From: Asterias rubens
Taxonomy: Eukaryota
Length of the DNA stretch: 64,000 nt
Assembly: GCF_902459465.1 (NCBI RefSeq)
Contig: NC_047070.1
Span: 13,888,001 to 13,952,000, forward strand
Direction of reading: 5' to 3'
Made by a program: the position numbers and the translations under genes. Positions 49,670 through 61,400 of the stretch are shown here, piece after piece. How positions within the stretch are numbered: position 1 is the stretch's first letter; the number at the start of each line of letters is the position of its first letter. The notes under the pieces were generated by a model that saw only the letters and a program-made list of their open reading frames with translations, was not told where the DNA came from and ran no database searches.

Positions 49670-49883
49670 TCTGCCCCCCCCCCCCCCCAGGAAAAAAAAC
49701 GAGATTTTATTTTATTTTTATATTTCTTGAAATTAAAACACACGGTTTTGTATTTCTAAGATTATTTTATGTCATACTTCTGATCATAATCTTTTGTTAT
49801 CATGTTTTCGAGAAGTAGCAAGCAAAGTGCAAAGCCCTACGACGTGTCGTCCTGGGACCGCTTTATTGCCCCAGTAAACTTAA

Positions 49884-50265
49884 AGGAACACATTGCCTTG
49901 GATCGGACGAGTTGGTCTATAAAAAGCGTTTGTAACCGTTTGTTATAAAATGCATATGGTTAGAAAGATATTGTAAAAGTAGAATACAATGATCTACACA
50001 AATATGCCTCACAATTGCGTGGTTTTCTTTTTACCTCGTCGACTAACACGGTCGGCCATTTATGGGAGTCAAAAGTTTGACTCCCATAAATGGCCGACTG
50101 TGATAGTTTGCGACGTAAAAGGAAAACCGTGCAATTTTGAGTGATACTTGTGTGGAACATTATATTTTAATTTTAAAACATCTTTCTAACCATATGCATT
50201 TCATAACAAACGGTTTCAAACGCTTTAAATAGACCAACTCGTCCGATCCAAGGCAACGTGTTCCT
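49884..50265. mobile_element. TTAA-flanked foldback MITE family K3
   Basis: ttaa|aggaacacattgccttggatcggacgagttggtc..gaccaactcgtccgatccaaggcaacgtgttcct|ttaa. Almost the whole element is an inverted repeat. Second copy at 60355-60725. Confidence 0.85.
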
Positions 50266-51309
50266 TTAAAGGGTGCTCTCTGGTGCATACTTCGAAGGCA
50301 TTGTACACTTTGTTTGTCTTTCAACAATGGCTATTTTGTTATGTTTAGGGGGAAACCAGTCGGCTAAGGGCCACACGCTAGACATGTTAAAAGAAAAAAG
50401 TCATGATGGTATAATCATTTGACTCAGCTGCACTTGAACTTGTTCCCTGACACTGTGGGGATTGAAGATCGAAGTGGCACAAAAGGGAGACTCTTGCGAC
50501 CGGGGTCATTTTAATAAGGGAATAAAAGTGTAGCGAAGAGTTCTTCCACAGCCGTTTAAATCAGGCAGGGTCGTTGCCGTGTGATAAAGGCCCGAGCTGA
50601 CGAAGGCGAGGGCCTTTATCACTCGGCAACGACCCTGCAAGGTGTTAAACGGCCGTTAAAGAACGAGTCACTACTCTTTTATTCCCATTCATAATGTATT
50701 TTTGGTTAAAAGGCGTAATAACGTAAGAAACTCTATAACTTCCTGTTTCCTTATCTGCTTCTTTTGCTTGAGCTCTGTATGTACATGTACGACGTCCGTG
50801 TGTTGCATTGTTATGACTGAGACATCTGTTTCCGACAGTTTCCGGTTTCGTTCGTGCGCGTATAGTCTTGGTACAACACGTTTTCCTTTTCCTTTCACAC
50901 ACAGCGAAGCCAGCTCACCTACAGCGCCCGCATCGCCCGTATCAAGAAACGTCTTGCACAAAGGCTAGCGCAGAGTATTCGCTCACAACCGGTTATAAAC
51001 ACTGGTCATTTTCAAAGGTTTAAACACCCCCCCACGTGATGCGCTCTCCGCCAATAGGAATAGCTAAACTGTCTGAGGTATTTATGAATTAGGTATTAAG
51101 GTGACCAACAACTGCCCAGAAAAGGGATACAGCAAAACACAAATTAACACACAGCAAAAGCAAACACACCACAGCAAACGCTACGGCAGAAGCAAATACC
51201 ACATTACTGTCTAAACTATAATGTACAATTTTTAAGAAAAATTTACAAAAGATAAAGACAAGAAATAAAGCATTATAAAATTGTTTTAATTGTAAACTAT
51301 TAACTATCT

Positions 51310-51600
51310 TCTATGCTTCACTGGGGCCTATCCGATTTGTGTGTAATAGCTCCTAAGTATATTAGTAATCTCATCGGTATAAAGAAACAATCCAGCTACT
51401 GTTAAAGTTCTGACGAAAAGTTTTTGTTTTTTTTCACGACTAAAATGTTACAAACATTGGGTGCAGAGCATTTTCATCGGCTGCTCCCAAGCTATCGAAT
51501 GAACTGCAATCTGACATTAAACACTCTCAATCCATTGATATTTTTAAGCGAAAAGTAAAGACTGATTTTTTTTTCTTCATTTCATGTAATTGTTCTTTAG
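51310..51600 (+). mobile_element. Decayed L2/CR1 LINE 3' fragment
   Basis: Broken-frame remnants LHWG.., APKYISNL, AAPKLSNEL, SIDIFKRKVKT resemble the same RT C-terminal region. Confidence 0.6.
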
Positions 51601-52408
51601 ATTGTCAGTACTTTTTATCTAATGTTTATACTACTTCTCGTTGTTTTGTGCGATTGATCATATTAATTTGTTTTAAAAGGTCTATGTAACTTTTGTAGGA
51701 CAAAAAAACACAATGTCCACAGATTTACACTAAACTTACACAGTTTGAAGATAATGATAGTAGAAAGCTTCCCTGAAAATACTACGTGTTGTTTACCTAT
51801 TCGTTGGTGGTATTACATGCATTGGTTGTTGGTATATTATATTTATTATGGTATTAAATTTATTCGTTTTGGGGTATTTACCTATCGTTGGTGGTATTAC
51901 ATGCATTGGTTGTTGGTATATTATATTTATTATGGTATTAAATTTATTCGTTTTGGTGGTATTAAATTGATTCGTTGATGGTTTTAACGTATTCGTTTGT
52001 GGTATTGTTTTCGTTGTCGGTTACCTATCGCTGGTGGCAATTCGTTGTTGGATACTTAACCCCATCAGGACCAGGCTGTTTATGTTCTTCTGAAAGTTTC
52101 AGACCGATTTTTAAAGAAACATGTCACTACAGGTTTGCCTTTGGAAAGCAATTTTGGTTGTGTGTGTGTGTCCCCCCCCCCCCCCCCTTTTTTTTGTTAG
52201 GGGGGGTTGAAATTGTACTTTCCCCGTGTTCAAAAGACGAAAAATGCTAATAAACGGTTGCCTTTGTAGCAGCTGCTCATAAAACCATCTTGACACTTTA
52301 TGAATGTCTGAAAAAGTCCCAGAAAAAAAAATACACAGCCAGTGAATCCGCAGCCCGCCCTCATGTGTCTCAAGTTGAATGAATGACTGGTTCACACGTT
52401 AATCCAAC

Positions 52409-55400
52409 ATGGCGGACGAAGGTGATGTGATGGAACATGAAAATCTCACGGAAAATGACTCTAATTCAACATCTCAGCATCAATCGTCTTTAAAAAATGA
52501 AGTACCGAACAGAGAGTTATCTCAAGAAAATAACAGGCAAAGGTAAATATTCTGCTTGGACATTAGCCTCATAAATTGGCCCAATCCACTCCGGATCGGA
52601 ACCGTCCGTATCGTATCCTTGTTTTTTTCACAGCAGCTAGCGATAGCGTGCATGCAGCACCATTCATTTCAACGCCTTCTTGAAATATCTGCTACGACCT
52701 CGTCCTCTATCATGAAACTTGCCGATCTATTAAATGGTACTGAGGTTGCAGATAGCCCGATTATGTACTACACCTGCCTGGATTTTTTTTTTCTAACAAG
52801 TTTTGTGTAAAAATCAAATGATTTTCTCGTGTGGCTGTGATTGTGAGGCGCTTCTTCTAAGAAACTATATATAAGGCTCCCCTGTGAGCCATAGGGGTCT
52901 CATATTTAGGGCCTTTTTAACGCTATACGTTTTTCAAATCAGCGTTGATGGGTGAAAGTTTTGCGACCGTTAGCCAGCCAGAACTGAAGTTCCATGTGTA
53001 TACTGTACACCTAAAGCTTTCCCCATCCTTCCTACTCAACATTCATAATGCTTGTGTCCCTTTTGTTGAGTTATGCTCAATAATTTCTTCAAAAAAGTCA
53101 ATTTTCTACTCGGTACTCTGTCTGTTGCTTCATTGTCGCGGCACACGTTCTGTCACGTACGGGACCTTTATACCCTGGACTCTGTCGCGTTGCATGCAAC
53201 GGAGGAGTCCAACCTGGGCTAGGCCTACTGTTCATTGATCATTCTTCTCTTTCAGAGGGTTTCCAGTACCAGGTCCAAGGTTCCGTAATTTTCCTCCCAG
53301 GTATCCAGGTCCTCCAGGCCAGCATATGAGAGGTGGTGGCCATGGAAACATGCCACAGCAGAGACCTTTCTTTGGCCGACCTCCCCCAGACAGGATGTTT
53401 CGTCCCCCTCCATTTGATCAAAACATGCCTCGAGGACCACCACCACAAGGCTTAATGGGAATGCCTCCTTTCATGAATGTGAGTACATGTAAAGGCAATG
53501 CCAAAGCAATTATGTGTGGGCTACTACAATGTGAGTACAAGGTCCCTGGGAAAAATTAGGAAAAAAAATACTTTTTAATAAGGCCTGAAAGGTCTATTAA
53601 TATTTATTAAAATAATAACCCCTTTTTATATAGCGTTTTTCACACGGGGCGTCCCTAAGCGCTTCACATTATTACCCCTGGTCACTGGGCCTTAAAGGAT
53701 TTGGGTACTTTTTCAAAATGTCCATAGATTTACATTAAACTTAAAGGGTTTGAAGGTCATGCTAGTGGAAAGCTTCCCTTCAAATATTACTTACTGAGGT
53801 GCTGTAGTTTTTGAGAAACGAGTAAAACAATGTCATGAAAATACGTGTGTTTAAAATGATTTTTTTTTAAATCGTCTCATGAGACGAAAATTATGTTCAT
53901 GACATTGTTTTACTCATTTCCCAAAACTACAGCACCTCAGCACGTAATATTTTCAGGGAAGCTTTCTACTATCATTATGTTCAAACTGTGTAAGTTTAGT
54001 GTAAATCTGTGGACATTGTGGTTTTTGTCCTACAAAAAGTACATAGACTCTTTAATTCACACCTTGAACCATCTCAGCTCCCTGGGGAGTATAATATACA
54101 GCCTCTTGCAACAAATGCACTACTCGGCTAAATCAATCTCAAGAACCATCTCTGCCCTCACAGGTACCCATTGACCCCTGGGTGGAGAGAAGCAATTATA
54201 GTTTAGTGTCTTGCTCAGGGACACAGGTGTCATGACCGGGATTTGAACCCCACTTTGCTGAACAGAAGCACCAGAGCTTGAGTTTGATGCTCTTATCCCC
54301 TCGGCCACGACACCCTACACCATGCACACATGTACGTTAGCTGGTGCGCTCCATAAAGTGTTTCTCCTTTTCGAAGACCAGATATCATGTCTGCACAAGG
54401 CAATTTGTGCAGTACATGACAAGACAAGAAAATAAGATGAAACTTCTGACGATGACAAGAGCAAGCTAGTCGAAACTTTGAGAGCAATTTAACAACTGAC
54501 TCCGCGGTAGTATAGTTAATCACGATCCTATAAGCTAAAGTAGTAGTCCACGCCTATTTTCCATACCATCTGCCCGGGTAATAGTAAAATAGCAGGACAG
54601 TTCTTTTCAGAACTGAGAAGTCTCCCGAACATCTTCTCTGCGGTAGTAGAATAAAGCAAAGCAGTTCTCTAAGAACAAACTCTACCTGGCAAGTAGATAC
54701 ACACATGGTGGTACCGCAAACCAAATTTGTATTGATACCTCACCATGCAATGCCTCAAATCCTATATTACATGAAACTTGTTGTTTTTGTTATTCAGAGG
54801 CCACCACTATTGCCACCTCCCTTTGGAATGCCGCCACCCCTTCTTGGTAACCTACAGCAGCAACCTATAGCAGGCAACCAACAGACACCATCTGCTACTT
54901 CACCTGCTGCTGTGGCTGCTCTAGATCCTAATCAAGACTTCTGGGTTGAGCATGTTACTCCTGAAGGAAAGGTTAGATGACATCTGTTTGTTCAATTCTG
55001 TAATAAGGGAATAAAAGGGTAGCGACGAGTTCTTCAACGTACGTTTGTACCGGCAGGGTCGGCGGCCGTGTGATAAAGGCCTGAGCCGAAGGCGAGGGCC
55101 TTTATCACACGGCAACGACTCTACTTGGTAACAAGATTTGGAGAGCTGTTGATAGTATAACACATTGTGAGAAACAGCTCCCACTGAAGTAACGTAGTTT
55201 TCGAGAAAGAAGTAATTTTCCACGAATTTGATTTTGAGACCTCAGAATTAGTATTTGAGGTCTCGAAATCAAGCATCTGAAAGCACACAACTTCATGTGA
55301 CAAGGGTGTTTTTTCTTTCATTATCTCGCAAATTCGACCACCAATTGAGCTCAAATTTTGCCAATTACCAATAGTGTCCAGTGTCTTTAAAAGGGACTTG

Positions 55401-58400
55401 AACCTGCAGTCCCAGATTAACGAGCTGTCTCTCTATAAACTGAGCTATCTAGCCCTCATGTTGACAGTCTCCTTATTGTGTCAATGCCTGTTGTTTGGAG
55501 ATGCCAGTCAGAAGCAAACCTGTAACTGCCACAGCCATGGATCACTCCCAAGTTTAATATACTACGTGGAAAGCGGCAGTGGAGGGATCACCTTAAAGTC
55601 ACATGGAAATAATTTTTTTTTTCTTTCAAACATAACAGTATATGCTTACGAACAATAAAACAATTTTTTTAGTAATTGTTTGTCACGATTTATATGTTTA
55701 ATAAATATATAAAGTTGTTTGGGGGGCTGACTCCGCCTTCCCCTTTTGTGACGTCAATCGAGGCAGACTTTGCCTGCAATGCGTATAGTAAACACACGTA
55801 CATGTACGTCCAAGTCGTGAGTTGGTACATTTCAAAAAGTGTTTTTCTGCATTCAGCAGCAATACACCTGGTCGGCATTGCCGGAAAAAAAAGAAAAAAA
55901 AAACTCACGACTTGGTCCGTACATGTACTTTGCAATTGTGTTTACTCTACGCATTACAGGCAAAGTCTGCCTCCATTGACGTCAGCGCCCTCGCGGGTTG
56001 GGGTCTACTCTTAAATTTGTAAATAACATGGAAACTGATTTTTTAAAACCTTAGTTAACTGTTTATTCACATTCCACTCATCAAAACACATATAGTGACA
56101 AAAGCTTTATTTTGAAAAAATACCACTTCCAGGTGACTTTAAGGTGATGCAACTTTTGTTTGTTACTCAGATGCCACCATTATTGCCACCCCAAATTGTT
56201 TAGTATTTACTCAGTCAGTTTCCCTTGCTGTTTATTACTGGATTTTACAATTTGGTTTTTAATGAGACATTTAGGGTCTACTCTCTTCATCGGGGGAAAA
56301 AATGACAGCTTATGACAATCTTGTTTTTGTTTGTTTGTTTTTAGACGTATTATTATCATGCCAAGAAGCGTGAGTCTGTGTGGACAAAGCCAGCGAATGT
56401 CAAAATTATTAAACAGACAGAGCTGCAGGCTCTAGCTGCTGCAGCTGGTATCACAACAAGTACAGCAGCATCAACTACAGCGGGAGCAGCATCAGTGACC
56501 AGTGTAGAGGCAAACCAGACCTCAGCAGCATCTGGGATTAACCCAGGGAATCCAGCTGCTGCAGCAGCTGCAGCAGCAACTGCTGTAGCAACAGCAGCGA
56601 AGGCAGCCTCTGTAACGTCTATTGAAACTACACAAGGTTAGTAGCTCCCTTCTACTTTACACGGATGAGATTGTTCAGACTTTTGGCTGACTTCAGACTT
56701 TTTATTTCGGCCTCGTGAAGAAAATCAGACAATATTTGTTTCCACAATCACAGAAATTCTGCTCATTGGTCTACTTTTCTAGTGCTTTGGATACTGTTTC
56801 CAAAAGCTCCTTGGAATCTATAACCCCAGGGGTTACCAAACAGTAGATACGGCATCATTTCAACATACCTTTGAATTTGTATCCAAGTTTCAGACTTTTT
56901 CGTTAGTGATGACTCTCACCCCTGACTTTAGTTTACTTATGTATGTAATTTCCTTTATATACCTAGGGGTGAGCCAAATCACTAGGAATTCGTTGCCTTT
57001 TGGGGCGTGTTCATACAAATAAATATAACAGCACAAATTAATAAATATGTACAAAATAAAACACAAACACAAGAAATACACCTATAAACATCTTAAAAGG
57101 CACAATACAACATTAATACAACCAACCGAGGACGAACCAAAATGCAAATAAAAAATGCCTATGTGGGTCAGGGGCTGCAAGAGTAGAGTAAACCACTATT
57201 ACCCGCAGGTATGCAGCCCCGCACATAACAAAAGACAGTGGCAGGACGTGACAGACTATAAAAAGCATACAAAGCTACAAACCGATCCTAGGATCAGTCT
57301 TGGATCGGTCTTAAGGCTGGGACTCGTCCTAAAGTTAACAAAAGTTTTGTGAAATCAACCCCTGAAATCAACATTTAGGATGAAATCTTAAGCCTTTAAT
57401 TAATTTGTGAAGCATTTGTGGTATCTGTTTTTTTCTATCCATTGTACCGCTACAGCTCAGACTACACCAGCTATTACAACACAGGTTGCACCTACTGCCA
57501 CGACACTGAGTACATCAACACCAACACCTGTAGCAACAACACTATCCCAACAGCAGCAACAGCAACATCCACCACCATTGATGCCTTTCACTGGTGTACC
57601 ACCCATGCTGACTGGTCAAGGACCTGCACCAACGGGAATGCCTCCTCCACCATTCCACTTATTTCAAGCTCACATGGCACGAATGAGGATGCCTGGCTCA
57701 ATGTCTGGAATCCCTCCTATGATGCCTATACCAGGTTAGTCTCTACACCGCGTGTGAAATCCTCGTTTTTAATTTCTCCATTCTTTTGCGACTCTGCTTT
57801 TTTCTCGTCTCTGCCATTCGGGTTAAGGCTGGTACAGTTCGCGTTTATTTACAAAATTGCTTACTAACAAAAAACTGGAATCGGCCATTGATGTTGAACT
57901 CTGAATGTTTTCGCCTACATTGCCTTTGTGAAGTATCAGGGCAGATATTCACTCTTTGCACATGTTGAAAAGCCTTTATTTCGTCGTGTGCCCGGCAAAA
58001 GGGCGTAAGGCCTTACGCCCTTTTGCCGGGAACATAAAGTAGTTCGTCCCAGTAACAAAAGGACGTAAGCAACAAAATGGCTCCTGACATGAAAAATATG
58101 TCATTTTTGTTTGTTCTTTTGCTAGAATTACCCTGAAGACATGTTTCCCCATTCCCCATGCAGAATTTAACCTTTCTAGAATGACTTTTGCATGGCAACA
58201 AATTTACCAAACTTTCCCGCTCATAATTCTTGAAACACAAATTTAAACATAAATTGCTTACGTCCTTCTGCCGGGAACTTTCCCTTACGTCCTTTTGCCG
58301 GGCACACGACGATTTATTGAAAAATATGGCTATTACTTTATTGGGTTTCAGTCCCTTTGCAGCGTTGAATAGGTCGCCGTGTGAAAGAAAGACGTTGAGC

Positions 58401-61400
58401 AGGGTTGTCTAGAGCCTTTGCTATTTCCTTTCTTAATTCTAAGCTCAGATATCTAGGCTCTGATAATCAAACGGAAATAAAAGTAATGTTCAACCTTTCA
58501 TGTGAGAAATACAGGAAGCAGAATTTGTTTAAGTTTGGCTTTTGCCATCTGAAAGACTGACCAACCCATTGTCAAGCTAAACAACAAACACTGATCCTTC
58601 ATCCCTTTGTGAGCAGCATTGTATCCATTATCTGACCAACAAAAGGCACCAACAACACAGTTTCGTAATAAGGGTACCTTATAATCATTGGACTGCAAAT
58701 CATTGGAGTGACAACTTTTGAACAACTCTATACAGCCACGCGTCTGTACGTGCGTGAAAGCGTTCTTTATTTTTGTATGTTCCCTTAGGGGAATCGAGAC
58801 TGTCGAAGTGAAACTGACACTGATGTTGGTCACTTCATACCCAAGTGACTTCGTACCCAAATTGTCTTACCTAAGTCACTATGACCCAAGTGACTAGGGT
58901 ATGAAGTGACCGACATTCACTGACACCAACCCTAAAACTGCCTTTCACACAAGGAACAAATCGCATGTACTTTTTGAAAACATTATAATGCTATTATTTA
59001 CAGGTATGCCAGGTGGACTCCTTCCCCCAGGAAATAATGTTGCTCCACCAATGTTTAGGCCACCATTCCAGCAAGCACCAGGGGGAGGACCAGCAGCTGG
59101 TGCAACAGCTTCTAAGAGTATATGGACTGAGTACAAGACAGCAGATGGACGGCCATATTTCTATAATACAAGAACCATGGAGTCCACTTGGGAGAAACCT
59201 AAGGAGTTAGTGGAGGCAGAGGAAGCCAAGAAAGAGCCTGGTTAGTACAAACGCTTTGTAAAGTTAATATTGACTTTTTAGCAAATGATTATGTTTTTTT
59301 TGAGAAGCTTGCCAATGATGTATGGATTAGTTTCTTAAGATCCTACTTTGTCCTTGGTCCAGTTAAGGAAAAGGATCCTGTCAAGATGGATGGTGACAAA
59401 GAGCTCCCCAAGGAGGAAGAAGAGAAGAAAGAAGATGAGGTTAAGATGGAAGAAGAGGAGGAAACAGTAGATGACATCAAAGAGAAAGAAGTGCAGAAGG
59501 TGATTACTAAGTCTTTAATATCCAAGCATTGTAGTCAATGACAGAGATTGTACTTAATAGACCGATCCATTAAGCTCTGCCTCATTGCGTATTGACCAAT
59601 CACAACCCATTGCACAACCAAAAGTCCGACACTATAAAGTCCAACATGCGTGCGCGTATGCTTGGCGCGGGCGGCAGAGTTGTGCAGAATGGCATTGGAG
59701 AGGCTCACGTGTTCTTGCTCACATGTATCAGTGTATTAGTACTGGATGATGTTCGTTCTTCCTTAGATGCATGCCTAGTGAACTGCAGTTTGGGTTATTG
59801 TGTAATTACCAATTCTACATTTTCATCCTTCTGTTGCAAGAAAGGAATTGTGTGACAATAGACCCTATGCAAAACGCGCAGTGCACATACACTCGCATCT
59901 CCTGTCGGCCATTTTGTGTGTCAAAACAAGCACAAAAGATTCTAGTCTTGGTTCTGTCTATGGACCCAATTGGTGGTTGCTTCGTTATTAAAGCCATTGG
60001 ACCCTTTCGGTAAGCAGTATTGTCCAAGGCCCACACTTCGTGTATCACAACTTCTATATCAAATAACAAACCTGTGAAAATTTAGGCTCAATCGGTCATC
60101 GGAGTCGAGAGAAAATACCGGGAAAACCCACCCTTGTATCCGCGCGTTTCGCCCTGTCATGACATGTGTTTAAAATAAATCCGTAATTCTTGACAGTGAG
60201 AATTGATATTGTTTTACTGTTTTCTCAAAAAGTAAAGCATTTCATGGAATAATATTTCAAGAGAAGTCTTTCACCACTACCTTCTGTAAACCCTGTAAGT
60301 AATTTGTAAATCTGTGACTTTTTTGTCTGTACCGAAAGGGTTCAATGGCTTTAAAGGAACACGTTGCCTTGGATCGGTCGATTTGGTCTTTTGAAAGCGC
60401 TTGTAACCGTTTGTTATAAAATGCATTGGTTAGAAAGATGATTTAAAAGTAGAATACATTGATCCACTCAAGTTTGCTTCGAAATTGCGTGGTTTTCCTT
60501 TTTCTTTGAGAACTAAAACGGTCGGTCATTTAGGGGAGTCAAACATTTGACTCCCATAAATGACCGACCTTGTTAGTCGACGAGGTAAAAGGAAAACCAC
60601 GCAATTTCAAGGCAAACTTGTGTGGATCATTATATTCTACTTTTAAAATATCTTTCTAACCAAAACAAACGGTTATAAACACTTTTCAAAGACCAACTCG
60701 ACCCGATCCAAGGCAACGTGTTCCTATAAGTCATTGTTCCTTGTTGTGCCATGAATGTCATGTGCTCTAACTGGTTAATACCCCGCTCACATCTCCTCTT
60801 GAAGGATTCGGGTACTTTTTCAAAATGTCCACAGATTTACATTAAACTTACAGGGTTTGAAGATAATGATAGCAGAAAGCTTCCCTTCAAATATTACTAA
60901 CTGAGGTTGTGTAGTTTTTGAGAAATGAATAAAACAAGTCACAAAATAATGTTTGTCTCAGGAAGATGAAATTATTTAAGCATGTGAAATCCCATTAACC
61001 AGTTATGATATTATACCAAACCATAGCATAACTGGTTAATACGTTTTTACATGCTAAAACTGAGACAAAAATTATTTTTTTACTCATTTCTCAAAACTAC
61101 AGCACCTCAGTAAGTAAAATTTCAAGCTTTCTACTATCATTATCTTCAAACTGTGTAAGTTTAATGTAAATCTGTGGACATTGTGTTTTTTGTTAGGAAA
61201 AAGTACAAAACCCTTTAAAAAAGATGAAGAAAACATTGATTTATTTATTGTCATCTCATTGAAGGAAGAGAAGATGATGACAGAAGCTAAGCAGATAGTT
61301 GAAGAACCTATTGATAAATCTAAGCCCATTGCAACCAAGCCCATCCCAGGAACACCATGGTAAGTTTCATATCACTGATCTCAGTAAAAAAGTAAACAGA

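Noticed and set aside
52100-52408. Bidirectional promoter shared by TCERG1 and the HNMT-like cluster
   Set aside because: A YY1-like motif is present, but no convincing minus-strand first exon or donor could be defined from sequence alone.
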